Shown here piece after piece: positions 1 through 8,818 of a DNA stretch of 32,904 nt (its first letter is position 1; every line of letters starts with the position of its first letter). Source of the stretch: Roseibium sp. (lineage in GTDB: Bacteria; Pseudomonadota; Alphaproteobacteria; Rhizobiales; Stappiaceae); assembly GCA_050302295.1 (NCBI GenBank), contig JBNLAU010000262.1:1-32904 (forward strand), written 5' to 3'. Below the pieces are notes generated by a model. It worked only from the letters and a program-made list of their open reading frames with translations, had not been told where the DNA came from and did not search any database. The translations under genes and the position numbers were made by a program.

Positions 1-474
1 GGTGACAACGGTCACATAGGCATGGTTCTTGGCGGCAGCGCGGGTCATGGCCGGCCCGCCGATGTCGATATTCTCGATCCCCGTCGCATAGTCGGCACCC
101 GAGGCGACGACGTCCTCGAACGGATAAAGATTGCCGCAGAAAAGATCGATGCCGGTGATCCCGTGTGCGGACATCGCCGCTTCATGGTCGGCGTCATCGC
201 GAATGGCGAGCAGCCCGCCATGCACCATCGGATGCAGCGTTTTGACCCGGCCATCCATGATTTCCGGAAAGCCGGTCACTTCGGAAATGTCCAGAACCGC
301 AAGCCCGGCGTCTTTCAGCGCCTTGTAGGAACCGCCGGTGGAGACCAGCTCGACACCGCGCTCGGCGAGTGCCTTTGCAAACTCGACAAGGCCTGATTTG
401 TCGAAAACGGACAAGAGCGCGCGCTTGACGGGAACCAGTTCGGGAACAGGAACGGCTTTGGACACAATGGCCAT
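1..474 (-). CDS. purH: Bifunctional AICAR formyltransferase/IMP cyclohydrolase, N-terminal part (runs off the window edge)
   Basis: Not in ORF track. Manual translation from ATG 474 gives [36 protein letters not shown]...STGGS...GRVKTLHP...NLYPF...[18 protein letters not shown], the hallmark PurH motifs. Confidence 0.97.
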   Translation of the reverse strand, partial: MAIVSKAVPVPELVPVKRALLSVFDKSGLVEFAKALAERGVELVSTGGSYKALKDAGLAVLDISEVTGFPEIMDGRVKTLHPMVHGGLLAIRDDADHEAAMSAHGITGIDLFCGNLYPFEDVVASGADYATGIENIDIGGPAMTRAAAKNHAYVTVVT

Positions 475-567
475 GAATATGCCTCGCGATTGGGACAGTC
501 TGGGAAGGTTGCCGTCGCCCTATCACGTCTTCGGCCAAATCGGAAGGCAGTTGAGCGGTTAACCGCC

Positions 568-2331
568 CTATTCTTCTTCCAGAGGTAGCTCGTTCACCTC
601 ATCGAAATCGCTGGTGCCTCGCCGGCTCAGTTTGGCTGTCGCCGTCTTGCGGAATTGCCATCCCACCGAGGGAGAGGCCAGAAGCAGGCCCGCAACGACG
701 ATCTGATCGGTCTTGCGGTGACCGTAGACATCGGACAGATAGATGCTCTCGTCCAGCGACACTTCGCTGCCCGGCGCTTCGAATTCCCAGGCCTCTCCGT
801 CCCGGCAGACCAGCAGAACCGCCGACCCGCCCCGAATGAGCGAGGTCCGCAGGCCCGGATGCAGATGAAACCGGATCGCGTAGCGGTGTTCCGGATCTAC
901 GCTTCCAACGGCCGAGAATGTATCCAGTCCGTCCAGAACGGTGCCATCCGCCGACAGGCTGACATCGCGTTTGTGCAGCACCTGGAATTCGGCGGCATAA
1001 CCGTCATGGGTCGCGGAAATCCGGCTGCCGATCTTGTCGTCTTCCCTGTCCACCGGCACATTCACCGGCCCGGTCAGGATCGGCGCTCCGAGCAGATGCC
1101 CGAACGGCCTGTCGGAAAGAAAACGGCAGGACGACGTGTCCTCGATCGTTGCCGTGGAGTGGGCGGCGGTCGACCGGCTCACCTTGCGCCAGAGCGGGTT
1201 CGATTTCGGTGAAACCCCACAGTTGACCACAATCCTGTTGTTCCCAGAGGAAAACTCGAAGGACAGACAGCCGGCGTGCGCATCACCCGAAATGCCGAGA
1301 GCGGGGGCGGGACCTGTGTCGACCAGAACGACTGACGCCCCGCCGCTCAGGCGCTGATAGCCGGAATGCGGTGCGTTGACCGGCGGCGCGCCCCGGGCAT
1401 CGTCATAGGCCAGGATCGTTGCCACGAGATCGCTCGGGGTGGAGCCCATGCCGTTGAAGTGCGCCAGCGCGCCGTCCCCGTGCCGGAAAAACCGCAGGAG
1501 CGGCATCATCCGGTCGACCGACTGCAGCATCGCCGGCGGCATTTCCAGTCCCTGTGCGACAAAGGCCTGCCGGATCGGCAGGAGGTCGGCCAGAATGTCT
1601 ATCAGCGCGCGCGGATTGCGCGAGATATGACCGCCGTCAGGCAGGATCTGGCGGTCGAGTTCATGTTCAAGACGGCGGATGCTCTGACGTGCGAACCGTC
1701 CCTGGCCCGCCATGGAAATACAGGCCGAGGCAATAGCCAGTGCCGCATGCAGCCGTTCGACGCCGTCATCCGTCTCGTTGATCGTCTGGCGCAGAAAGCG
1801 GACCTGTCGGGACAGCGACTTGACGAAGCTCCGGTAAAAATCGTGGTCACCGTCCTGGAGGATAAAGGGCGAATGCGCCAGCCAGGACAGAATCCGCCGC
1901 GTGACGACCCCCGCCTCCCAGCCGATATCGTGCCAGCGGCCGCTGAACCTGATCCAGTCCTCCACCAGCGCCCTCGCGTTCTGGCGAGCGATCTTGCTGT
2001 CGGACGCGCGAAGGTCCCTGAGCCAGCCGAAACTGTGCAGCTCCCGCTGCCAGTCTTCGTGTACGGCCTTCAACTCGAACGGAGACCGTCCTTGCGTTTC
2101 GACGAGATGGCCGGAGAAAAGAAAGCGGCCGCCATAGATATCGGCGGCATTGGTGGCATCCGCGGTGCGCAGATCCTGCGGAGCAATCAGTAATCGCGCC
2201 GGCACAGCCGAAAACGGCTGCATGCGGAATAGCGGTCCGCCATGCATCCATTTCAGGGAGCGTTGCCAAACATGCAGGGCCACAAGACGCCAGATACGGC
2301 TTCTTTCATTGAGGCTTGCGATATTCACCAA
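568..2331 (-). CDS. Heparinase II/III family protein (function unknown)
   Basis: 587-aa ORF with QILPDGGHISR, HAGCLSFEFSSG, RSTAAHST and HDGY motifs. Lies between rsmB and purH, a typical arrangement in Hyphomicrobiales. Start uncertain (TTG 2331 or GTG 2328). Confidence 0.85.
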   Translation of the reverse strand: MVNIASLNERSRIWRLVALHVWQRSLKWMHGGPLFRMQPFSAVPARLLIAPQDLRTADATNAADIYGGRFLFSGHLVETQGRSPFELKAVHEDWQRELHSFGWLRDLRASDSKIARQNARALVEDWIRFSGRWHDIGWEAGVVTRRILSWLAHSPFILQDGDHDFYRSFVKSLSRQVRFLRQTINETDDGVERLHAALAIASACISMAGQGRFARQSIRRLEHELDRQILPDGGHISRNPRALIDILADLLPIRQAFVAQGLEMPPAMLQSVDRMMPLLRFFRHGDGALAHFNGMGSTPSDLVATILAYDDARGAPPVNAPHSGYQRLSGGASVVLVDTGPAPALGISGDAHAGCLSFEFSSGNNRIVVNCGVSPKSNPLWRKVSRSTAAHSTATIEDTSSCRFLSDRPFGHLLGAPILTGPVNVPVDREDDKIGSRISATHDGYAAEFQVLHKRDVSLSADGTVLDGLDTFSAVGSVDPEHRYAIRFHLHPGLRTSLIRGGSAVLLVCRDGEAWEFEAPGSEVSLDESIYLSDVYGHRKTDQIVVAGLLLASPSVGWQFRKTATAKLSRRGTSDFDEVNELPLEEE

Positions 2332-2456
2332 ACCATCCCCGATAACGATGGTTTCCGCGTGACGATGGGTGCTCTCCGGTTACAAAACTAAAAAACGGTC
2401 TATTAAGGTTAGCATTTCATTTAAAGAATCATTGCAAGTGAACAGTTTAAGCTACG

Positions 2457-3833
2457 TTAAAAACGTCTGAATCTTGCCGCGAAAAACCCGTCCATGCCTT
2501 TTGTGTCCGCACCGGAACCAGCTTCCAGGCACGGCAGGCAGCGCAGATAGCCCTCGGCGGTAATACAATGGCCGAGACCTCCGACTTCCTCTGCGTCAAT
2601 TTTATCCAGCCGAAGAGCGTCGCCTTGCCGCTCTAGAAAAGCGGCAACCTGTGCCTCGCCTTCCTCAGGTTCCAGCGAACAGGTGCAATAGACGATCAGC
2701 CCGCCGGGCTTCACCCAGGAGACCACTCTGTCGAGCAGCTCCTTTTGAATTTCGCTCAGCTTTTCAATGTCGTAGGGTTTCTTGATCCAGGGCACATCCG
2801 GATGCCGGCGGATCGTTCCCGTGGCGCTGCAGGGCGCATCCAGCAGGACAGCGTCAAACGGCGCTTCCGGTTCGAAGTCCCTCAGGTCGGACGCAACGGT
2901 TTTCACGGAAAGACCGAGGCGGCGCATGTTTTCATCCAGGCGTTTCAGCCGGCCCTTTGAAATATCGACCGCCGTCACCTCCGCCCCGGCTGCGGCCAAT
3001 TGCGCCGTCTTGCCGCCCGGCGCCGCGCAAAGATCCGCTATCCTCTGCTGCCGGACATCTCCCAGAAGCTTTGCCGGAAGCGCGGCGGCGGCATCCTGAA
3101 CCCACCAGCTCCCCTCTTCAAACCCTTCCAGCGCATCAACGGCACTCTTTTTGGCAAGCCGCACGCTGCCGGCACCGACAACCTGCCCCTCGAGCCTGCG
3201 CGCCCAGTCCTCGGGATCAGCCTTGACGGAAAGATCCAGCGCCGCCTCTTTTTGATGGGCTCCGGAAATGGCGCGAGCGGTTGCCTCGCCATAGGCGGCT
3301 TGCCAGCTTGCCAACAGCCAGTCCGGCGTGTTCAGCAATTCGGGATCCAGACCGTCGGTGATGTCGGCCCGTTCCCGCCCGAGGCGGCGCAACACACCGT
3401 TCACCAGGCCCTTGTAAGGCCGCGCCCGGCGGTCCATCGCCGCATGATCGACGGCGAGCGACACGGCTGCCCGGTCCGGAATATCGAGAAACAGCATCTG
3501 GGCGATGGCCACGTGAAGAATGTCCAGCACCCGCCCGGTCTTTTCCGGGACGGCACGATCCAGCAGCCGGTCGAGAATTTCAGCGATTTCGCCCCGGTGG
3601 CGCAAAGCCGCGCCGATGATGGCCCGGACCAGAGCCCGGTCATTGCCTGCAAGCGCCCGGAAGCCCGAATGTCCCGAGCCCGCGTCCAGCTCTCCGTCAA
3701 GCGGCCGCTTCTTGTGAACCACATTGCCCAGAATATCCGCCGCCACCTTGCGCGCGGCAAAACCCGGCTTGCCGGTCATTTCCGGCGCTCTGCCGCCGGG
3801 TGTCTCATTTTTATTGCTCGGGCGTCTGGTCAA
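2457..3833 (-). CDS. rsmB: RsmB/NOP family 16S rRNA m5C methyltransferase with NusB-like N-domain
   Basis: Motifs GLVNGVLRR, WVQDAAA, DLCAAPGGKT, LDAPCSATG and YCTCS (both catalytic Cys present). Start may be ATG 3779. Confidence 0.92.
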   Translation of the reverse strand: MTRRPSNKNETPGGRAPEMTGKPGFAARKVAADILGNVVHKKRPLDGELDAGSGHSGFRALAGNDRALVRAIIGAALRHRGEIAEILDRLLDRAVPEKTGRVLDILHVAIAQMLFLDIPDRAAVSLAVDHAAMDRRARPYKGLVNGVLRRLGRERADITDGLDPELLNTPDWLLASWQAAYGEATARAISGAHQKEAALDLSVKADPEDWARRLEGQVVGAGSVRLAKKSAVDALEGFEEGSWWVQDAAAALPAKLLGDVRQQRIADLCAAPGGKTAQLAAAGAEVTAVDISKGRLKRLDENMRRLGLSVKTVASDLRDFEPEAPFDAVLLDAPCSATGTIRRHPDVPWIKKPYDIEKLSEIQKELLDRVVSWVKPGGLIVYCTCSLEPEEGEAQVAAFLERQGDALRLDKIDAEEVGGLGHCITAEGYLRCLPCLEAGSGADTKGMDGFFAARFRRF

Positions 3834-3957
3834 GGCTTCATACCGCTTTCAGGAAAACCAAGCGCCGCAGACCGGTTGTCCGGCTGCGGCGCAATGAGTG
3901 CATAGTAATTCGGGCCGATGTGTTGGCAAAGCAGTTTCTGCCCGAAACCTCCGTGAA

Positions 3958-4917
3958 CTATCCCCAAGGCCCTTTCGGGCGGCGGGGTGCGCTGGAAGGT
4001 TCGGAGCGGGCGGCGCTGCCCCACGGCCCGGACGGGGCTGCGCTCCCGCCGCTGAACGAAGCGCGGCCGCCGGTACCGAGGCCGGAGCCGGCGAGCTTGC
4101 GCAGCTCGTTGATCCGGTTTTCAGTGCTCGGATGGGTCGAGAACAGATTGTCCATGCGCTCGCCGGACAGCGGGTTCATGATGAACATATGCGCCGTTGC
4201 CGGATTGGCTTCCGCGTCCGGATTATGGATATGCTCCACACCACCGGCGATCTTGCCAAGCGCGGAGGCCAGCCACAGCGGTTCGCCGCAGATCTCGGCG
4301 CCCATGCGGTCGGCCGCATATTCCCGTGTCCGCGAGATAGCCATCTGCACCACCATGGCCGCCATCGGTGCGACGAACATCATCAGAAGCACGCCGACGA
4401 AACCGAGCGGATTGTTGCGGTTGCCGCCGAAGAAAAAGGCGAAATTGGCCAGCATGGAGATCGCACCGGCAATGGTTGCGGTGATCGTCATGATCAAGGT
4501 GTCGCGGTTCTTCACATGCGCCAGTTCATGCGCCATCACACCGGCGACTTCCTCCGCCGTGAGCATGTTCAAAAGCCCTGTCGTCGCCGCAACGGCGGCA
4601 TTTTCCGGATTGCGGCCCGTTGCGAAGGCGTTCGGCTGCGGATTGTCGATGATGTAGACCTTCGGCATCGGCAGGCCGGCGCTGCGGGAAAGCCGCTGTA
4701 TCATGCGGTAGAAATCCGGCGCCATACGTTCATCGACTTCCCGCGCATGGTGCATGCGCAGGACCAACTTGTCCGCATTCCAGTAGCTGAAGAGGTTCAT
4801 GGCAGCGGCAATAGCCAGGGCAATCATCATGCCCGACTGGCCGCCGATCATGAAACCGATCCCCATGAACAAAGCGGTCATTGCCGCCAGAAGCATTGCT
4901 GTGCGAATGTAGTTCAT
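3958..4917 (-). CDS. htpX: Zinc metalloprotease HtpX
   Basis: [16 protein letters not shown] zinc motif, [15 protein letters not shown] and hydrophobic TM segments. Confidence 0.96.
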   Translation of the reverse strand: MNYIRTAMLLAAMTALFMGIGFMIGGQSGMMIALAIAAAMNLFSYWNADKLVLRMHHAREVDERMAPDFYRMIQRLSRSAGLPMPKVYIIDNPQPNAFATGRNPENAAVAATTGLLNMLTAEEVAGVMAHELAHVKNRDTLIMTITATIAGAISMLANFAFFFGGNRNNPLGFVGVLLMMFVAPMAAMVVQMAISRTREYAADRMGAEICGEPLWLASALGKIAGGVEHIHNPDAEANPATAHMFIMNPLSGERMDNLFSTHPSTENRINELRKLAGSGLGTGGRASFSGGSAAPSGPWGSAARSEPSSAPRRPKGPWG

Positions 4918-4992
4918 CGCTGCTGGTATCCGTTTCCTTGTTCAGTCCGGTCTGTCGCCAGGTTGGCGCTTGCGTGCCCAAATCAAGACTGA

Positions 4993-5021
4993 AGATGGGA
5001 ACTGCTGCCAATCTTGGCAAG
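4993..5021 (-). promoter_or_regulatory. Putative RpoH (sigma32) promoter of htpX
   Basis: Minus strand reads CTTGCC-N16-CCCATCT, close to the alphaproteobacterial RpoH consensus CTTGAA-N15/16-CC(C/T)ATNT. htpX is a known heat-shock gene. Confidence 0.6.
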
Positions 5022-5070
5022 ATTACCCTATATAAGCATGACAAAAGCGTAATCCGGACGAACAGGGATC

Positions 5071-5334
5071 ATGACGGACACACCGGACAATCCAACCGCC
5101 GCCTATTCTCAGAACGATGCCCCTTCCCTGAAGGCTGATGCCGAAGAGGCGCCCCAGAAACGGTTCGAGGACCTGCCGCCTGCCGCCCAGCGCGCCCTGA
5201 GGGAAGCCGAGGCGCGGCGCAAGGAAATCGACGCCCGGCAAAAGGCGATGCCGGAAGAGATCAATGGCCGTGGCGGGCTGGAACCGACCCGCTACGACGA
5301 TTGGGAAATCAAGGGGCTGACGTCGGACTTCTGA
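5071..5334 (+). CDS. DUF1674 / SDHAF4-like small protein
   Basis: 87 aa with C-terminal EINGRGGLEPTRYDDWEIKGLTSDF signature and AAQRALREAEARR helix; divergent from htpX. Confidence 0.9.
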   Translation: MTDTPDNPTAAYSQNDAPSLKADAEEAPQKRFEDLPPAAQRALREAEARRKEIDARQKAMPEEINGRGGLEPTRYDDWEIKGLTSDF

Positions 5335-5369
5335 GAAACCTGCTTGACCGGCGCCCTCTCGCAGACTGG

Positions 5370-5451
5370 GACGGCAAAAACCAGCGGGTGTTATGCGGCG
5401 ATCACCGAGAACAGACGCATTGGTGATGTTCTGTCCCGGATCAAGGTGCGT
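5370..5451 (+). pseudogene. Probable frameshifted remnant of an ISNCY-like transposase C-terminus
   Basis: Reads DGKNQRV, then in the next frame YAAITENRRIGDVLSRIKVR. This resembles, from recall, the 'DKDQRVTHAAITENKRLGDVLAYIK' segment of rhizobial ISNCY transposases. No start codon or upstream body. Confidence 0.45.
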
Positions 5452-5541
5452 AAGAAGGCCAATCTGCGGCTGCCGAAGCTAAAGCCGGCCAGGCCTGTTT
5501 GGCGATCAGCGCTATGAAGCCAAGCGTCGGAGTGATGTGCC

Positions 5542-5931
5542 CTATCCGGTTCGAAGTCGGCTGAGCATTGGACAATCAACATTGCCCCGTGAGCAATTCG
5601 AGATTAGCTGCTTCAGCGCGGTTTCGAGCATCTTCAGTTCGGCGATCTTGGTCTCCACATTGGCGATATGAACCTCCGCCAGTTCCTTCACAGCCTCACA
5701 GTCCGTGGCCCGCTTCTCGGAAAGGTCCAGTAGCATCTTCACTTCGGCAAGGGGAAACCCAAGATCGCGCAGCCTCTTCAGGAGGCGCAATCGGCCGACG
5801 TCATCAGCCGTGTAGAGCCGCCGATTGTTGGTTGCCCGCCCTGGTTTTGGAACAATCCCTTCCCGTTCATAGTAGCGGATTGTCTCGATGCTAACGCCGC
5901 TCTGTTTCGATGCTTCCCCAATCGCGATCAT
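5542..5931 (-). CDS. MerR-family metal-responsive regulator (three-Cys, CadR/MerR-like)
   Basis: HTH IGEASKQSGVSIETIRYYEREG; three cysteines (TDCEAV and NCSRGNVDCP, C-X6-C). CueR-type sensors lack the first Cys. Confidence 0.92.
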   Translation of the reverse strand: MIAIGEASKQSGVSIETIRYYEREGIVPKPGRATNNRRLYTADDVGRLRLLKRLRDLGFPLAEVKMLLDLSEKRATDCEAVKELAEVHIANVETKIAELKMLETALKQLISNCSRGNVDCPMLSRLRTG

Positions 5932-5946
5932 GTGATGTCATCCGGC

Positions 5947-5977
5947 TTGAACCTGTAGTGACTACAGGAGGTATATC
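5947..5977 (+). promoter_or_regulatory. MerR-type promoter/operator driving the merT-like gene
   Basis: TTGAAC (5947-5952), 19-bp spacer, TATATC (5972-5977). Perfect dyad CCTGTAGT-G-ACTACAGG (5952-5968) lies in the spacer, the classic MerR-family layout. Confidence 0.85.
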
Positions 5978-6028
5978 TGCGGCCACCGAAAGTCACTGCG
6001 CAATACCGTGATGGTCCAGGAGACCGAG

Positions 6029-6352
6029 ATGCAGAAATTCCTGAGTCTAAGCTATCTGGGTTCGATTTCGGCGCTAGGGGTCGCCACCTGCTGTGTTCTG
6101 CCCATGACGATGATGTTGCTGGGTCTGGGAGGAAGTTGGCTTGCAGTGTTCGGGAAGATCGCCGCTGCAAGCTATTACGTTCTTGCGGTTTCTTCAGCTC
6201 TTGTCGCTGCGTCCTGGTTCGTCGCGTTCCGGCGGCAGTCACTCGCAAAATTGAAGTGGTGGTTGTCGGGCAGCACGGCGATGACGGGTTTGGCCTGGGT
6301 TGTTGTCTTCAACGAGACCCGGATAAACGACTATCTGATTATGCAGATGTGA
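6029..6352 (+). CDS. MerT-like heavy-metal transport membrane protein
   Basis: AGGAG RBS before ATG 6029; ATCCVLP vicinal Cys in TM1, LGLGGSW motif, three hydrophobic segments. Confidence 0.78.
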   Translation: MQKFLSLSYLGSISALGVATCCVLPMTMMLLGLGGSWLAVFGKIAAASYYVLAVSSALVAASWFVAFRRQSLAKLKWWLSGSTAMTGLAWVVVFNETRINDYLIMQM

Positions 6353-6356
6353 AACG

Positions 6357-6575
6357 ATGGCTGATCAAGATGTCATTTTGGAAAGCACGCTGACTTGTCC
6401 CTTGTGCGGTCATGCCGAGACAGAGACCATGCCCTCGGATTCCTGCCAGTGGTTTTATGAGTGCAAGGCATGTCATGAAGTGCTGAAGCCCAATCCAGGC
6501 GACTGTTGCGTTTTCTGTTCCCACGCGACAGTGCCCTGCCCGCCAATCCAGCTGGGCAAAACCTGCTGCAACTGA
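6357..6575 (+). CDS. GDCCVxC-domain cysteine-rich protein
   Basis: 72 aa, 11 Cys: STLTCPLCG...MPSDSCQWFYECKAC...PGDCCVFCS...VPCPPIQ. Starts 4 nt after the merT-like stop. Confidence 0.88.
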   Translation: MADQDVILESTLTCPLCGHAETETMPSDSCQWFYECKACHEVLKPNPGDCCVFCSHATVPCPPIQLGKTCCN

Positions 6576-6608
6576 AGCAGCCGCCCGCCGGATCGGTCAA
6601 GGCACGGA

Positions 6609-7295
6609 TCAGGAAAGGGTTTGAGATGCTTCGGGCGTAGCGCACGCTTCAGCGAGTTGTCGCACTTCCACGGCAATGGCCCTGGCGAGATCGGCTTGCG
6701 GCGCGGCCTCGAAATGAATGGCGTCCGTCTCGCTTGCCGAAATCACGGTTCCCGTGTCGAAAAAAGCCACGCCATAATCTGCCGCGATCCGCTGATAGAC
6801 ACCGGACAACAGCCGGGATTGCACGCCGCCGTGGGCATTTGAATAGATATTCGCGTATTCCTTCCCGGTGAAGTCACCGAGCGGAGGCGCGGCCATAAGC
6901 AGCACTTTGGGCGCCCGCCCCTCGACATCGTCCGTCTTCTGCGTGGCGGCAAACAGGATACGGCTCATGGCCAGACCGACCGCATCGGCGCTCAGGGAAA
7001 AACGGTCCTGCAGATCGTTGGTCCCCAGCATGATCACCAGAATGTCGATCGGCATATGGGTTTTCCGAACGCTCGCCAGATGCGCCAGACCATTCTTGTC
7101 GCCACGCACCGGATCCTCGAATACGGTCGTGCGTCCGTTGATCCCTTCCTCGACGACGTAAAACCGTTCGCCGAGTTCCCTTTGAAGCAATCTGGTCCAG
7201 CGGATGTCATGCCCGTAGCGGGATTTGTCGACCGGATTAAAGCCCCAGGTGAGAGAATCGCCGAAGCAGACGACGGTCAAAGGTTGTTCAGTCAC
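6609..7295 (-). CDS. SGNH/GDSL hydrolase (arylesterase/MsAcT-like)
   Basis: CFGDSLTWG, EEGINGRTT, MLGTND and DAIHF blocks. GTG 7295 has a GGAGA RBS; the ORF-track extension to 7493 is not credible. Confidence 0.9.
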   Translation of the reverse strand: MTEQPLTVVCFGDSLTWGFNPVDKSRYGHDIRWTRLLQRELGERFYVVEEGINGRTTVFEDPVRGDKNGLAHLASVRKTHMPIDILVIMLGTNDLQDRFSLSADAVGLAMSRILFAATQKTDDVEGRAPKVLLMAAPPLGDFTGKEYANIYSNAHGGVQSRLLSGVYQRIAADYGVAFFDTGTVISASETDAIHFEAAPQADLARAIAVEVRQLAEACATPEASQTLS

Positions 7296-7524
7296 GAATA
7301 TTTCTCCGGATCGATACAATTTGGACTGTAGCGACGGAATAAGGGTTGCCGCCACGTCCTTTAAACGATCAGAGCAAAACCTGTTCAAACAAACAAGAAA
7401 ATCAGGCCGCTTTTTTCTCACAGCCCTGCCTTGATTTCCGGCTGACGACCCGCAGTAGCGAATACCGGCCATCTTCATTGATATGTCAGGCATTAACAGG
7501 AAAACCGCATCTCCATCTGCTTGG

Positions 7525-7540
7525 TTAATAAGAGATTTAC
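7525..7540. promoter_or_regulatory. CtrA-like box upstream of aminotransferase-ftsK-lolA
   Basis: TTAA-taagaga-TTTAC, one mismatch to TTAA-N7-TTAAC. Confidence 0.4.
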
Positions 7541-7594
7541 CATGGAGGCGATAGGTTCAGGTCAAAGTTTTGCGTAACGACTGCCGGATCCTAG

Positions 7595-8818
7595 ATGACT
7601 GCCAGCCCCAGAGCCTATAAGCGCGGTGCGTCCCTGCCGAGCTCCAATCCGTTTCAACGCCTTGCCGACCTTCTGGACAGCGAGACGCCCGGTCTTGACC
7701 CGATCATCATGACAATCGGCGAGCCGCAGCACGCCATTCCCGATTTCACGGCCGAGGTTCTGGCGGAAAATATGGCAGGTTTCCGCCGTTATCCTCCGAT
7801 TAACGGCTCACCGGAATTCCGGCAGGCTGTCGCCGGCTGGCTCGACAGGCGCTATTCCCTGGACGGCATGATCGACCCTGAAAACGGCGTCCTGCCGCTG
7901 AACGGTTCCCGCGAAGGGCTCTCCTTCGGCGCCATTGCAGCGCGCGACCAGCTGGACAAAGGCATCGATCATCCGGCAGTGATTCTGCCGAACCCCTTTT
8001 ACCAGACCTACGCCGCCGCCGCACATGTCGCAGATGGCGAAGCCGTGCTTCTGGACGCGGTGCCCGGCAACAATTTTCTGCCCGATCTGGATAGCCTTGA
8101 TCCGGACCTGCTCGACCGGACAGTTGCCTTTTATATTGCGTCGCCGACCAACCCGGAAGGCTACGTCGCGGACATCGCCTATTGGCAGCGTCTGATCGGC
8201 ATGGCCCGTAAGCACCGGTTCTTCATCTTTGCGGACGAGTGCTATTCGGAAATCTACCGCTCCACACCGCCTCCGGGCATTCTGGAAGCAGCGAAGGAAA
8301 TGGGCTCGGACTTTGCGAACATCATTGTCCTGAATTCCCTGTCCAAGCGCTCCAATCTCGCGGGCCTTCGCTGCGGCTTCGCCGCGGGCGATCCGGTATT
8401 CTTGAAGAAATGGGCAAAGTTCCGCGGCCTTGCCGCGCCCCAGGTTCCGCTTCCGGCGCAGGCCGTGGCCGTAAGGGCCTATCAGGATGAAGCCCACGTC
8501 ATCGAAAACCGGCAGCTTTACAATGAAAAGTTCAAGGTTGCCGAGCGCACGCTCGGTCCAATCCTCGGCCCGGTCACCCCGGAAGCCGGCTTCTTTCTGT
8601 GGCTCGATGTGACGAAGTGGGGCGACGGTATGTCGGTGACCAGGGATCTGTGGCGGGACATCGGGGTCAAGGTCGTGCCGGGCAGCTATCTGGCCTCGGA
8701 TCAGTCCGACGGCAGCAATCCCGGGCGGCACTATATCCGCGTCAGTCTGACCGCGCCGCTGGAGCAAACGGAAATCGCCCTTGAACGCTTGGCAAACTGG
8801 ATGGGAGACAAGGCATGA
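7595..8818 (+). CDS. PLP-dependent class I/II aminotransferase (DapC-like)
   Basis: [34 protein letters not shown] and SLSKRSN (PLP lysine). Stop overlaps the ftsK start (ATGA). Confidence 0.9.
   Translation: MTASPRAYKRGASLPSSNPFQRLADLLDSETPGLDPIIMTIGEPQHAIPDFTAEVLAENMAGFRRYPPINGSPEFRQAVAGWLDRRYSLDGMIDPENGVLPLNGSREGLSFGAIAARDQLDKGIDHPAVILPNPFYQTYAAAAHVADGEAVLLDAVPGNNFLPDLDSLDPDLLDRTVAFYIASPTNPEGYVADIAYWQRLIGMARKHRFFIFADECYSEIYRSTPPPGILEAAKEMGSDFANIIVLNSLSKRSNLAGLRCGFAAGDPVFLKKWAKFRGLAAPQVPLPAQAVAVRAYQDEAHVIENRQLYNEKFKVAERTLGPILGPVTPEAGFFLWLDVTKWGDGMSVTRDLWRDIGVKVVPGSYLASDQSDGSNPGRHYIRVSLTAPLEQTEIALERLANWMGDKA

Noticed and set aside
475-567. Possible ZMP/ZTP riboswitch before purH; 12-bp palindrome GCGGTTAACCGC at 555-566
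   Set aside because: The leader lacks the recognisable ZTP consensus elements (GACTGGCG and the 3' CGCCTGGGC pseudoknot); the palindrome alone supports no function.
2401-2460. Cluster of TTAA motifs upstream of the heparinase-like gene as CtrA sites
   Set aside because: Spacings are 6 or 8 bp, or need two mismatches; explainable by local AT richness.
6573-6608. TGA of the GDCCVxC gene as a selenocysteine codon
   Set aside because: The TGA falls after the natural C-terminus (CCN), all motif positions are Cys, no convincing SECIS follows, and read-through would run into the convergent gene.
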